A stretch of DNA of 64,000 nt from a virus, in IMG/VR virus record IMGVR_UViG_3300033156_000424, positions 7,121-71,120 of that record; one strand, given 5' to 3'. Position 1 is the stretch's first letter; each line of letters starts with the position of its first letter. The notes beneath the pieces are model-generated. The model made no database searches. It was not told the DNA's origin and was given only the letters and a program-made list of their open reading frames with translations. The position numbers and the translations under genes were made by a program. Shown here piece after piece: positions 38,015 to 48,439 of the stretch.

Positions 38015-39171
38015 TATTCCACCTTCTCTTTTCTATTTGGGCTGTCTAATGTTCCACCAGATAGTGTTATTGTACTTCCAGTTCCATTTGTAAATGTTAA
38101 TATTGTAGCAACTGGTATAGGACAACCCATATTTCCAGCTGGTATCGTTCCAGCATACGTAGCTGAAAAATTTGATATACTTATACTTGTTGCAGAATCT
38201 ATACTTACAGTATCACCATCAGCTGCTACACTTTTATTACCACCTTGAAACACTACATTTCCAGATGTTGTTATATTTAAATTATTGTTCCCACTTATAT
38301 CTATATCTCCATCTTTGGTTATTGTTAAAGTTGTAGTTCCAGCAGTTATAACTATCTTTCCAGTAGAATCAGCTCCATCTAAATCAATTTTTAATGATTT
38401 ATCTTCTATATTAAAGATGATGTGTTTATCAATAGGCATCAATCCAGAAATCTCAGATTCAATTGTTGTTGGTCTATGTGTTGTCCAGTTATAAGTTCCT
38501 TCATATTTCATAGTAGTAGTATCATAGACATTAACTCTAAATCCATTTGCTTCTTGTAACATCTGTTGTTTTTCACTCATATAAAACTTTTGTCCAAGTC
38601 TATCCATGATTAGAAACGATGAATGGTCATCTCCTAATGTGTTTTCTGGTACAAGAGGTGTAGAACTGAATGGACTTGATGAATCAAATCTTTTACTTAT
38701 CCACCATTCTGGATGAAACTCATCATCTATAGTTGCTCTATTTACATTGTTTCCTAATAAAATCATCTTTCTGTTATATTGTTCTCTTACAAAGCCGGTT
38801 ATTTGAACTGTTGGATAATCATCATCAAATGTTAATAATCCATAAGGGTCGTTATAAATTGTATAGAAAGAATCTGTTGAACTTGTCCCGAAATTTATCC
38901 CATGAAATTCTACAGATGTTGATGGCTTTGTGAAGAGATACGAATAAGAGAGATTATCTATAAATCCGGCAAAACATGAGGTATTCATATTTTCGAGACT
39001 TAGAGTATAATATTCATTAACAGTTGTGCTATTGTTACTAAACGCTGTTTGAAGCGAATCTTTTGGAGACCTAAGTAATGAATAGACCCCTTGTTTTAAC
39101 ACATCAGCATATGGGTATGTTTGTGTAGCACCATCAAAGAACTTTCTTTTGGTATTTATAGATGAACTCAT
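38014..39171 (-). CDS. baseplate spike (gpV/gp5-like)
   Basis: C-terminal beta-helix-like repeats (TLTITKDGDIDISG...VAADGD). Confidence 0.6.
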   Translation of the reverse strand: MSSSINTKRKFFDGATQTYPYADVLKQGVYSLLRSPKDSLQTAFSNNSTTVNEYYTLSLENMNTSCFAGFIDNLSYSYLFTKPSTSVEFHGINFGTSSTDSFYTIYNDPYGLLTFDDDYPTVQITGFVREQYNRKMILLGNNVNRATIDDEFHPEWWISKRFDSSSPFSSTPLVPENTLGDDHSSFLIMDRLGQKFYMSEKQQMLQEANGFRVNVYDTTTMKYEGTYNWTTHRPTTIESEISGLMPIDKHIIFNIEDKSLKIDLDGADSTGKIVITAGTTTLTITKDGDIDISGNNNLNITTSGNVVFQGGNKSVAADGDTVSIDSATSISISNFSATYAGTIPAGNMGCPIPVATILTFTNGTGSTITLSGGTLDSPNRKEKVE

Positions 39172-42100
39172 TTTAACACCTCATATAATCCTAATTTGTT
39201 TTGAATATTTCCGGCAAGTCTTGTTGTTAAATCTTTCTCCTCAAAATTTATAACCCAGTTAAACGGATTATTTGTGAGATAACATTTTCTTGTAAATCCA
39301 GACGTACCACCAGCATCACCAATATATATTGTTCGTTTCCAACAGAACTGAGCATGTTCATGTCTATGACTGCTTCGTATCTCTTCTGGTAAATATGCTA
39401 CATTTTCATCAGTTATCCCTATAGCTGTTTTTGCATCTCCAACAAATGGTACCTTTATTCTTCCAACTTTATTAATATCTATTTTCTTTCTATCATCAAC
39501 AATAAATACTTTATCTCCTACATTTATATTAATAGATGCTGGAATATAAATAGATGATTTTATCGATTGGGTTGCAAGTAACTCATCATAATATCTTGAT
39601 GCTACTGTGTAAATAGATATAATCATTTTTATTGCATAAATCCATTCAGTAACTTCTGTATTTTTAAGATACGGAACAAATTTTAATGTCTCCCCTTCTA
39701 AATATCCATAACAATCATCCTTAAACGAATAAAATAATTCTTTGTATGATTGGTGTTTTGTTAATTCGAGACTTGAATATTTATCAATAACAAAAAGTCT
39801 TGTTGGTAACTTTCTTGACCAAAATGTTGGATTTTGCATGTGCCGTTTATAAAAATAATTTAATATCTTATCAATAAATGTTTCTAAAGACATATTTTTT
39901 TGGTTTTCTCTTATTCCTAATACTGTCTCGTACATAAATTTTGATATTTTGTTCTTATTTTTATCTCGCATAAATTGGATGGTCATATTTTTATATTGTG
40001 AGTAATTAAATACTCCATATTCTGAATACCCACTTTCAGATGATTGGTCATCGTTTATAAGAGTTTTAAGTTTATTTAATTCTTCTAAAATGCTCAATGG
40101 ATTTATATAATCTATAACTGCTACCATCATATTTAAATTATCATCTTCTCCAATTTTTTTGTCTCCAAAAACATGTGGTAATATGATGCTTTCTGTTCCA
40201 TTTTCATCTAAATAGGAAACACCAGTGTCACCACTATTATCATAAACTATAAGTTTTGGTCTATTTCCTATTTTTCCCCAAAACACATCATTTACATATC
40301 TCTGGTCTTGATGACACAGTGTTAAGATATTACTTGGTGTGCCATCAAAATCATATAATACAGTGGATTCTTCTGTTGTCAATCCTTCTATATATATTGA
40401 TGGTGTAAATGATGTGTTTGTCATAGTGTAAGAATTAAAAAATATTGGAAGTTTATTTGAAACAACACCATTCATATTAATAGCAAGAACAGAAGATGGA
40501 TGAAAATTAATATAGTTATTTCCATCTTCTGTTTCATATTCTTTATCTGTTATTATTATGTATCCTTCATTTGTTTTCATGCTTACTACTGATAACGGAT
40601 ACCTAATCACCGATGACTGATATTCTAATATATCTTCTTCTTTTATTTCTATTTCATTAGTAAATGTTGTTTTATGAGATATAAAATTATTTCGTAATAT
40701 AGATTTTACAATTAGTCTATTATTAAGTCTTTTAAATTCGAAATCTATTTTTATCCACATAGTGTTTCGTATGCTATTAAGTATCTTTCTTGGAAGTTCT
40801 TGTTCCTCGCCATTGATATACATTCTTTCTAATTCTGTCCAAGTATAAATTGGTTCGAATATTCCAGTTGATGCATAAAATAAAGTTTTTATAAGAAACA
40901 ATAATGGTATTCCATCTCTAAGCTTATTTAATGTTGTTGAAACATACTGATTTACTGGTAAAAATTTTTCGCTTCTTAATGAAAAGGTATTTTTGTTTAT
41001 AAGTGTATTTAAATCTATTGTTTCCATAAATGTTCTAAATATATTATTTCTTGCAAAATTTATGAGTTCAAGTTGTTTTACAGCTTCCATATCATTAACA
41101 ATATCTGTTGTTGTAAAACCAAAAATATTTTGGGAATATATTTTAGTATCATCATCAAATTTTAACATCCCTTCGCTTGTAAATAATGCTTGGTTTTTTG
41201 ATATATATTCATGATGGTCTGATATATAAATAACAGAATTTCCGCTTATGTGAAATGTAAATAAAACATCTGTTTCTGTTAAAAGTTTTGTAAGTGCAGC
41301 TTTTCTTCTATTTTGTGCAATTATTCTATTAAACTCTTCAGCTATAGAGAAATCATCTATTATAGGAACATATATAGCTCCTACACTAATCATATTTTTT
41401 TTATGTATTTCATTAATATTTATATATTCAATTATGTCATCAATATCAAAATCTGGAAAAAGAAAAACATCAAGCCCTATAAGAGTAAAGAAATATTTAT
41501 ATATACATTTAAGTAATATTAGTGGATGAATTGTAAATATTGTTACAGCTCCCTTTAAAAAGGTAAGATATACTTTATTTTCTATTTTATTTATATTTAT
41601 GTCTTTTACAGCTCGTATCAAAAAATACTCATCTTTTAATTTTTTAGTAAATCTTCGCTGTCCTATATCTAATGATATAAATTTATTTTTTAGTGCTTCT
41701 ATTATAGCATTAAAAAAGAATTTATTTAACGTTGAGAAAGCATCACCAACCCCTACAAGTTTATCATCTTCATCTTGATAGTAACTTTCTTTTAATTGTA
41801 TTTTTTCTATATGTTCTTCAGCCAGTCCTTTTGGAACAGAATAATGTTGAAAATATTTTGTCAAATCTAACCCTTCTATGTTTGTTCTATTTTTATTCTG
41901 TATATGTTTATGTACAGCTGTTACAAATCCAGAGAAGTCTGGCTTTACTCCTTCTCCAGATGTTGGAAATATAGCCTTATCTATAAGCACAGAAAATTCT
42001 TTTAAACTGATGAGAGATGTAAATTTTCGTTGAGTTGAACTAAACCGTTTTATTAAATCATCTAAATCAAATACCCATACAAAAATCAAATCATTTGACC

Positions 42101-42539
42101 TAACTGTATTTGATACCTCATTTGTAAAATCAGCCACACTTAGCTGAATAAAAGAGCCATACACAGATGCTTCTTCTATCTGTATCCCTATTATTCCTTC
42201 TTGGAGTTTTTTTCTATTTTCTATAACATTATCTAATCTTGCTACTCTTGTATTAGATGCATATAACCTATGAGTTGAGTTTAATCCTCCACCATTCTCA
42301 ATAACTTCAGATTCAGCACCGTAAATAACATCATATGACACTGATGATGTGTTCAACCAATCCATTTCATTAAATATCTTTACTCTTTTCTTAAGAAAGA
42401 AATCATCTGGTGTTGTATTTACAACTGGTCTTAATATTCTTACAACAACAACTGGTGTTGTTATTTTTGTTTTACTCCAATCATTGATGGTTTTTTTTAT
42501 TTTTCCAAGCAATGTGTCCCCGATTCTTGTTTCTGACAT
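39168..42539 (-). CDS. putative baseplate hub protein
   Basis: Position; FSGFVT...IEGLDLTKY and ININVGDKV motifs. Confidence 0.55.
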   Translation of the reverse strand: MSETRIGDTLLGKIKKTINDWSKTKITTPVVVVRILRPVVNTTPDDFFLKKRVKIFNEMDWLNTSSVSYDVIYGAESEVIENGGGLNSTHRLYASNTRVARLDNVIENRKKLQEGIIGIQIEEASVYGSFIQLSVADFTNEVSNTVRSNDLIFVWVFDLDDLIKRFSSTQRKFTSLISLKEFSVLIDKAIFPTSGEGVKPDFSGFVTAVHKHIQNKNRTNIEGLDLTKYFQHYSVPKGLAEEHIEKIQLKESYYQDEDDKLVGVGDAFSTLNKFFFNAIIEALKNKFISLDIGQRRFTKKLKDEYFLIRAVKDININKIENKVYLTFLKGAVTIFTIHPLILLKCIYKYFFTLIGLDVFLFPDFDIDDIIEYININEIHKKNMISVGAIYVPIIDDFSIAEEFNRIIAQNRRKAALTKLLTETDVLFTFHISGNSVIYISDHHEYISKNQALFTSEGMLKFDDDTKIYSQNIFGFTTTDIVNDMEAVKQLELINFARNNIFRTFMETIDLNTLINKNTFSLRSEKFLPVNQYVSTTLNKLRDGIPLLFLIKTLFYASTGIFEPIYTWTELERMYINGEEQELPRKILNSIRNTMWIKIDFEFKRLNNRLIVKSILRNNFISHKTTFTNEIEIKEEDILEYQSSVIRYPLSVVSMKTNEGYIIITDKEYETEDGNNYINFHPSSVLAINMNGVVSNKLPIFFNSYTMTNTSFTPSIYIEGLTTEESTVLYDFDGTPSNILTLCHQDQRYVNDVFWGKIGNRPKLIVYDNSGDTGVSYLDENGTESIILPHVFGDKKIGEDDNLNMMVAVIDYINPLSILEELNKLKTLINDDQSSESGYSEYGVFNYSQYKNMTIQFMRDKNKNKISKFMYETVLGIRENQKNMSLETFIDKILNYFYKRHMQNPTFWSRKLPTRLFVIDKYSSLELTKHQSYKELFYSFKDDCYGYLEGETLKFVPYLKNTEVTEWIYAIKMIISIYTVASRYYDELLATQSIKSSIYIPASININVGDKVFIVDDRKKIDINKVGRIKVPFVGDAKTAIGITDENVAYLPEEIRSSHRHEHAQFCWKRTIYIGDAGGTSGFTRKCYLTNNPFNWVINFEEKDLTTRLAGNIQNKLGLYEVLK

Positions 42540-43112
42540 TTAAATAACCACCGTATCTAATCCATAGTCTATAGCATTTTTTGTTTTTGACGCTACACCA
42601 CCAATTAGTCTTCCAAATAATTTTCTTTTCATTCTCGATTCTGGAGATATTTCGCTTATTTCTAATAATGTTAGATTATAACTCAAAACATTTGGTTTAG
42701 ACCCTTCTTCTATGAATTGTTCTTCTTCTATTATGACTATTGTTGTATCTATATCAGATATTAATAATAAAGGAATTCTATTTAAATAACAATATTCTAT
42801 TAAATATTGTACATACATACTATCTGTTACGCTTTCTATAAACGTTTCTCCATCAGATAATGCATATGTATATAATTCTCCTTGTAGAGTGTAACTATAT
42901 GTTGTCCTCCCAAAATCTTGGTTTTCAGTTCCACCTCTTCCTATAGCTCCCATTTTGTTTATTCTTCGAGAGCCTTGTCTTTCTATACGTTTTACTTTCA
43001 TTGCAATAAAACCATATACACCAAACATGGTTCTTATTTCCCATCTTAATGGAAAAAGAGATATTTTTCTTCCATATCTTTGCTCATTAAAATATCCTTC
43101 TATGGTACTCAT
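42540..43112 (-). CDS. tail tube initiator / DNA-circularisation N-terminal-like protein
   Basis: IGRGG.ENQDFGR...YTLQGE; YNLTLLE; follows the tape measure gene. Confidence 0.6.
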   Translation of the reverse strand: MSTIEGYFNEQRYGRKISLFPLRWEIRTMFGVYGFIAMKVKRIERQGSRRINKMGAIGRGGTENQDFGRTTYSYTLQGELYTYALSDGETFIESVTDSMYVQYLIEYCYLNRIPLLLISDIDTTIVIIEEEQFIEEGSKPNVLSYNLTLLEISEISPESRMKRKLFGRLIGGVASKTKNAIDYGLDTVVI

Positions 43113-43114
43113 TT

Positions 43115-45076
43115 TTATCCTCCTCCAGATGCTATTCTATTATCAAGCTTCTGTGCAACAGATTCTGCCAACTTATCAACCCACTCATCATTTCCTAATT
43201 TTCTCACAAGAGAATTTAGATTTGTTTTAAGTCTCGTCAATTCGGCTTTTACTACACCAAATTTTACAGAAACTGTATCAAAAGTCTTTGTTGTTTTTGA
43301 TATGTTTTCATCTGCTTCTTTAATTGCTTTTTGTAATGTTTCTATTCTGTCTTCATCTGGAATAACATTTTTAAATTTTTCTGCTGCCTCGTTTATTACT
43401 CCCTTTAATTCTTGTTTTATAGCATTAATTCTACTTTCGGTCTCAGTAACAGTAGTAAATAATTCTTGTTCTCTTGTTTCAAGAATTTCTTTTTTTATAA
43501 GTATTTTTTTTATGTGTTTTGATAACATGTTTAATGTTTCAAACATTGTTTCTTTTTTTTCATCTAATTCATTAATAAGATTGGTTACATAAGATGATGT
43601 TCCTTTTCTTGGATTTATAGCAGATAATCCTTTAAACATATCTGTTAATCCTTTTATATTTACACCACCAAACATTTCTTCTCCAGATATTTTTTTAACA
43701 AATTTAGATGCTTTTTCAAGAGTTTTTACTTTTTCATCACTTATTAATCCAAGAGTATCCATTATATCTTCAAGATGTGGTTTATATTCTTCTTTAAATT
43801 TTTTTGTTGCTTCATCTATTCCAGTACCTTCTACAAGCTTTTCAACTATTTGTTTATTTACCTCACTTGTAGTTTCTATAACAATAGTTTCACCCATCTT
43901 TTTAAATAATGTTTTCATAGTATCTTCCATATACTTTTGGGATGTCTTTTTACGTAACACACTTTTCATTTTATCTGAGACGAGTTCCATGAAGCTTTTA
44001 CTAACTGTTAAGGAAACAAGTTTATTTATTGTATCAGTGCTTATTATTTCTTTTGTTATCTCCTTAGCCATATCTACAAAATCTTTTGGGAGGTCTTTAT
44101 TTTCTAATATAAAACCATACAATTTCTTTGTGATTTCTATAGCTTTTTCCTCATCAGATACATTAGAAACAAGAGAAGAAAACATTTTTAATATAGTTTC
44201 TGTTTGTGTTGCTATATCTTTTACCTCTTCTTTCCTACCACCACTTAATGTCTTTTTCTTTTCAATCTCTTTTCTTGCTATATTTATTTCTTCAATCCTT
44301 TTTGCTATGAAGTTTTTAAATTCTTCAACACTAATTTTATTAGAATAAAAAGCCTCTATTGTATTTTTCAAATCTTTTGTTATTGTTTTTCTAAATGTCT
44401 CAACAGTTTTTATTGTTTTTGTCTCATAGAAAGGATTTATAGTTATGTTTCTTTGTTTTCGCTGTTCTCTCTCAAGAAGGGAAATCATTGTTGTCTCTGT
44501 TAGCACGTCATCTTTTCTTCCCCTTTTATATAACCCCATTATCTTTTCCATATGTTTTATTGTTTCTTCTCCACCCTTTCCAATTAGTTCTTTTGCAAGA
44601 GCTCTCGCCTCATCGACATTTCCTTTTTTTAGTCTTCTATACAATTTTCTTATGATGTCTTTATTTATTTTTGCTTCAGTAAAGTCTGTTTTTCTCTCAT
44701 CAAATTTAGATTTTATAAGTCTATCTATACTTTTTATAGCATAATCTGTTAAAAGCTCACTCCCTTTTGGACTTACATCTGTAAAGTTTCGCAAATTTTC
44801 AACAATTGGACTTACCTTTTTCTCTCCTTTAGATACAGTCTCTTTTATTTCTACAATTTGTTTTTCTTTTGGTAGTGTTTCTATTTTATTTTGTATGTCA
44901 ATTAATAATTTTTTCAGTTCATCAAAATTATAATCTTCTGGAAACTCTATTTTAAAAACTGTATCGCTAATCTTGTTCTTTATTTTTTTACTCATTTCTT
45001 TAAGGATATCTTCTATACCTTGAAAATTTATAAGAACGTCAAGAGTTAGCTCTTCACTTACTTTTTTAATTGACAT
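43115..45076 (-). CDS. tape measure protein
   Basis: 653-aa helical, charged protein after the tail chaperones. Confidence 0.65.
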   Translation of the reverse strand: MSIKKVSEELTLDVLINFQGIEDILKEMSKKIKNKISDTVFKIEFPEDYNFDELKKLLIDIQNKIETLPKEKQIVEIKETVSKGEKKVSPIVENLRNFTDVSPKGSELLTDYAIKSIDRLIKSKFDERKTDFTEAKINKDIIRKLYRRLKKGNVDEARALAKELIGKGGEETIKHMEKIMGLYKRGRKDDVLTETTMISLLEREQRKQRNITINPFYETKTIKTVETFRKTITKDLKNTIEAFYSNKISVEEFKNFIAKRIEEINIARKEIEKKKTLSGGRKEEVKDIATQTETILKMFSSLVSNVSDEEKAIEITKKLYGFILENKDLPKDFVDMAKEITKEIISTDTINKLVSLTVSKSFMELVSDKMKSVLRKKTSQKYMEDTMKTLFKKMGETIVIETTSEVNKQIVEKLVEGTGIDEATKKFKEEYKPHLEDIMDTLGLISDEKVKTLEKASKFVKKISGEEMFGGVNIKGLTDMFKGLSAINPRKGTSSYVTNLINELDEKKETMFETLNMLSKHIKKILIKKEILETREQELFTTVTETESRINAIKQELKGVINEAAEKFKNVIPDEDRIETLQKAIKEADENISKTTKTFDTVSVKFGVVKAELTRLKTNLNSLVRKLGNDEWVDKLAESVAQKLDNRIASGGG

Positions 45077-45077
45077 A

Positions 45078-45305
45078 TCATATCATCTCTTTCATCATTT
45101 CATCTTTTAGACTCTTCAATTCCTCATCTGTCATTTCTGATATATTAATCTTTTCTTTCTTTTTTGTTTTTCCAGCTGTTTTTTCATATAATATTCCTTC
45201 AAGTATTATATTATAATCAAACTCTGATAGCTTTAGTGCTTCGCTGGGAGGAATTCCAAGAGTTTTACTTACTATGTAAAGGAAATATCCCCTACCATTT
45301 CTCAC
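45078..45305 (-). CDS. tail assembly chaperone, frameshift extension (gpT-like)
   Basis: LGIPPSEALKLS pattern; lies in the -1 frame of the upstream chaperone. Confidence 0.7.
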   Translation of the reverse strand: MRNGRGYFLYIVSKTLGIPPSEALKLSEFDYNIILEGILYEKTAGKTKKKEKINISEMTDEELKSLKDEMMKEMI

Positions 45306-45313
45306 AAAATCTT

Positions 45314-45631
45314 TTATTCTGTTCCCAGCTTGTACTGTAAAAAACTTTTATCAATAATTTGATTATATGCAGAGATAACAAACCCAACTGGGAGTTTCTT
45401 GTTTTTTATCGTCTCTGGCTGGACAATAACCATATTTAATACATCTCTCATTTTATCAAATTCATTTTTATCTGAAGATGATATTTCTCCAAACTCCACA
45501 GCTGAAAGTGGTCGGCATTTTATAACTACTGTCTTATTGGCAATAGTTATATTTACATCATACACTTCATTTATTATTTCGAGAATATCTCTATCAGTTA
45601 TACCTACATTTACTTTAGACATTTTTACCAC
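45314..45631 (-). CDS. tail assembly chaperone (gpG-like)
   Basis: RPLSAVE motif; between tube and tape measure genes; slippery site near the end. Confidence 0.7.
   Translation of the reverse strand: MVKMSKVNVGITDRDILEIINEVYDVNITIANKTVVIKCRPLSAVEFGEISSSDKNEFDKMRDVLNMVIVQPETIKNKKLPVGFVISAYNQIIDKSFLQYKLGTE
45338..45344 (-). other. -1 programmed ribosomal frameshift site U UUU UUA
   Basis: Correctly phased; the -1 frame reads TVQAGNRIKDFVRNG... into 45078..45305. Confidence 0.8.
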
Positions 45632-45684
45632 TCATTAATTAATTAAAAAATTGTTCCTTCTAATAAATCTTTCTTTAAGTTATT

Positions 45685-46248
45685 TTATGCAGTAAATAAA
45701 TCAATTATATTATTTGTTGCGTTACTTTCTATATTATTGTTTAATACCTTTTTTTCTTCATGTCCAAACCTCATAGCTTGTGCCATGAATGAGCCGCTGC
45801 TTAAAACAAACATACCAGCTCTTATTTCAAAGTTTAACGAATTAAATGATACCTCTCTAAGAATTATTTTATTTATATTAACTGTGGTATTTGTTTTTGA
45901 GAATTCTTCAATACCAATAAGCTCAAGTTTTACTTTATCTTGATGAAAATATAAATAATCTTTTAAATCGATATCTGTATATGATGCTTTTTTTAATGCT
46001 GTTTGAAAAAACATGTTACCAAGCAACGAAAAATCTAATATTCCTTGTCTAAATGTTCCCTTTACTGATGGTTTTCCAATTCTTAGCTCTCTCCCACCAA
46101 CATAATCATAGTAATAATTATCGAACTCAAATGATATAACTAAATCTTGAAGCCCACCAACAAGAATATCTTTGTCATGCTTTTTAACATCATCATACAT
46201 ATAAACTTTACATGTATTAGCATGTAATAATCCAGATTCCCTTATCAT
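45685..46248 (-). CDS. tail tube paralog
   Basis: Shares HAN..K, VG..Q, G.LD and RAG.F motifs with 46302..46868. Confidence 0.65.
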   Translation of the reverse strand: MIRESGLLHANTCKVYMYDDVKKHDKDILVGGLQDLVISFEFDNYYYDYVGGRELRIGKPSVKGTFRQGILDFSLLGNMFFQTALKKASYTDIDLKDYLYFHQDKVKLELIGIEEFSKTNTTVNINKIILREVSFNSLNFEIRAGMFVLSSGSFMAQAMRFGHEEKKVLNNNIESNATNNIIDLFTA

Positions 46249-46301
46249 AATTTATGTTCTCCTCTATATTAAAAAAATAAAAAAAGAGGTTAAGCTCTTA
46301 T

Positions 46302-46868
46302 TTATGTTGCTGTAACTTTACTAAATGTATATTTCATTAAGTCCCCAGTTCCTTCTGCATTTGCTATCCAGAAATCACCGGCTCTGAATCCTACGTCAAA
46401 TGAACTTAAATAAACGTTTGGAATTGTTATTTTCACTCTTTCGCTTGTGTTTGATGGGGTATCAGAATCTATTCCTTCTCCACTAAATCCATATGCAATA
46501 ATATCAAATGTATCTATATGTAATATATATTCAGTTAGTGGGCTGTTTCTATCAACACCATCAGCATCACTTGTTGAAAGTGATGTTAAGTTCCCATCAT
46601 AATCTATTTGATATGGAATTCCAATCATTTTTTGTAAAAGTTTTCCATCTAAAAATCCAACTCTTATAGTTACATCTGTACGAAGATTTGCTGGTTTCTT
46701 TCCTACAATATGAGGTGACCCTATTTGAGGAAGGGTAGACATATCACCACTAACTCTCATAGTTATTTCTTGTGCAGCTCCAATTACCTTTCCATCTATA
46801 ACTATTTTTCCATAGTTTGCATGAACAACATTAGTAAAATTTTCAAAGTTTGTGTCTGTAGTACTCAT
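46302..46868 (-). CDS. tail tube protein
   Basis: Directly after sheath; IGAAQEIT...QIG pattern. Confidence 0.75.
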   Translation of the reverse strand: MSTTDTNFENFTNVVHANYGKIVIDGKVIGAAQEITMRVSGDMSTLPQIGSPHIVGKKPANLRTDVTIRVGFLDGKLLQKMIGIPYQIDYDGNLTSLSTSDADGVDRNSPLTEYILHIDTFDIIAYGFSGEGIDSDTPSNTSERVKITIPNVYLSSFDVGFRAGDFWIANAEGTGDLMKYTFSKVTAT

Positions 46869-46878
46869 TTTTTTTCAC

Positions 46879-48387
46879 CTATACTGGAGATATTGTTAAA
46901 TCTATAAACGCTATATATGTAGCTGGGGATATTCTTAAATCACAGAAAATCTTTCCGTCTATAGCATCTGTCTGAGTTGTATATACTTTTACAGTATATC
47001 CATCAGATATTTTTCCGCTTCTAACTTTTCTTTGAAGAACGGTGTTTATCTTCGTTTCAGCTGTATCCATAACAAAGTTATTTATAGCTTTTCCTAAATA
47101 ACTTTGAAGATTTAATCTTACATCCTTCACAATTTCATCAATTATTCTTCTTGTAGTTATCTTTAAATATGGAGAGCTCTCTGAAGAATATGTTCTCCCA
47201 ATCTCATAAAACTTTACTCCATTTTGCTCTCTTATGTAATTTACAAAATAATTTGCTAAGAATTGTCTATCAGTTTGACTCATAATAAAACCGGAATTTC
47301 CATTCCAATCACAAATTGTTGAGAATTGATATCCTTGTCTTAATATTGGAACATTAGAAGGTAATGAAGATAAAAATCCGGTGAAATAGTGTGCTAACCA
47401 ATTTCCACCTATAGTTCTTTCTGTTGAATCTCCAACATTATTAAATGTATATTTAGAATTACAAGCAAACACAATAGTTCTCCCATCATCATTTACTGTA
47501 GCCATATCAGATATAGTTGTCGGAAAAGAAATAGACCCATCTGTTTGATAGACATTTGCAAAATCTAAACCAGCTACATATACTCTTTCACTCATATATG
47601 TATCACCAGATGCTACAGAAACATGTGTTTGAACAGTTGATAATGGTATCTTACCAGCGACATTAACAAAAGATATCCCATCATATTTAAGAAACTCATT
47701 TAGTGCCAATGTTATTCCAACGTCTGGTTTTGTTTCAGCATCACTGTCATCATCAGCATCAAGAATGGCAGCTCTTACAACTGCGTTCCCATTTGCTAAG
47801 AATATTAACTCTAATGCTCGTATTATACTATTTGAATAGTCATATGATGCCGCACTGTTATTAACATCAGTAGATGCTGTAGCGTCTGCCCAAGTAACTG
47901 TAGATGTATCAACATATGTATTTACAAATGTACCAAAGTTATTAGAGGTAAGCGTTAAAATCTTTCCTTTTCTGGATGATGTCCAATAATAAGTATGTTT
48001 AGGGTCTGAAGCAGCTGCCCAACTGGTTGTATATTCATATACAGATTTAGTAGATATAACCCAAGCTGTATCACCACTTGTTGGAGTAGTATAACTAAAT
48101 GAACCAGAACCAGCATCAAAATCCCAAACCCATTCAGCTACATCGTCTGCAGTGGGTGTTCCAGTCCATGTACCAGAACCTACAATATATTGTTTCCCAT
48201 CATCTAATGGACCTAATCCAGTAGGTTCATCACTTGTTACCGGTTCAATAACACTATATGTTTGTGTTGGGTCGTATTTAAGTACAGCATGACCAATTAA
48301 AGCTATTTCTCCACCACCAGCTGTGGCAGTGGGATTGTAACCACTTGTATCTACGAAAGTAAATACTCCAGATTCTTGCTGTGTCAT
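46879..48387 (-). CDS. tail sheath protein
   Basis: N-terminal SGVF, IALIG; C-terminal ITTRRIIDEI...YLGK.N...ISP..YI.FIDLTI. Confidence 0.9.
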   Translation of the reverse strand: MTQQESGVFTFVDTSGYNPTATAGGGEIALIGHAVLKYDPTQTYSVIEPVTSDEPTGLGPLDDGKQYIVGSGTWTGTPTADDVAEWVWDFDAGSGSFSYTTPTSGDTAWVISTKSVYEYTTSWAAASDPKHTYYWTSSRKGKILTLTSNNFGTFVNTYVDTSTVTWADATASTDVNNSAASYDYSNSIIRALELIFLANGNAVVRAAILDADDDSDAETKPDVGITLALNEFLKYDGISFVNVAGKIPLSTVQTHVSVASGDTYMSERVYVAGLDFANVYQTDGSISFPTTISDMATVNDDGRTIVFACNSKYTFNNVGDSTERTIGGNWLAHYFTGFLSSLPSNVPILRQGYQFSTICDWNGNSGFIMSQTDRQFLANYFVNYIREQNGVKFYEIGRTYSSESSPYLKITTRRIIDEIVKDVRLNLQSYLGKAINNFVMDTAETKINTVLQRKVRSGKISDGYTVKVYTTQTDAIDGKIFCDLRISPATYIAFIDLTISPV

Positions 48388-48414
48388 TTTTAATCAAAAG
48401 AATGTTATTGATTT

Positions 48415-48431
48415 ACCTTTATAAACTTTGC
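48415..48431 (-). promoter_or_regulatory. promoter of the sheath/tube genes
   Basis: Minus strand GCAAAG-TTTATAAAG. Confidence 0.55.
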
Positions 48432-48439
48432 CCTCATTT

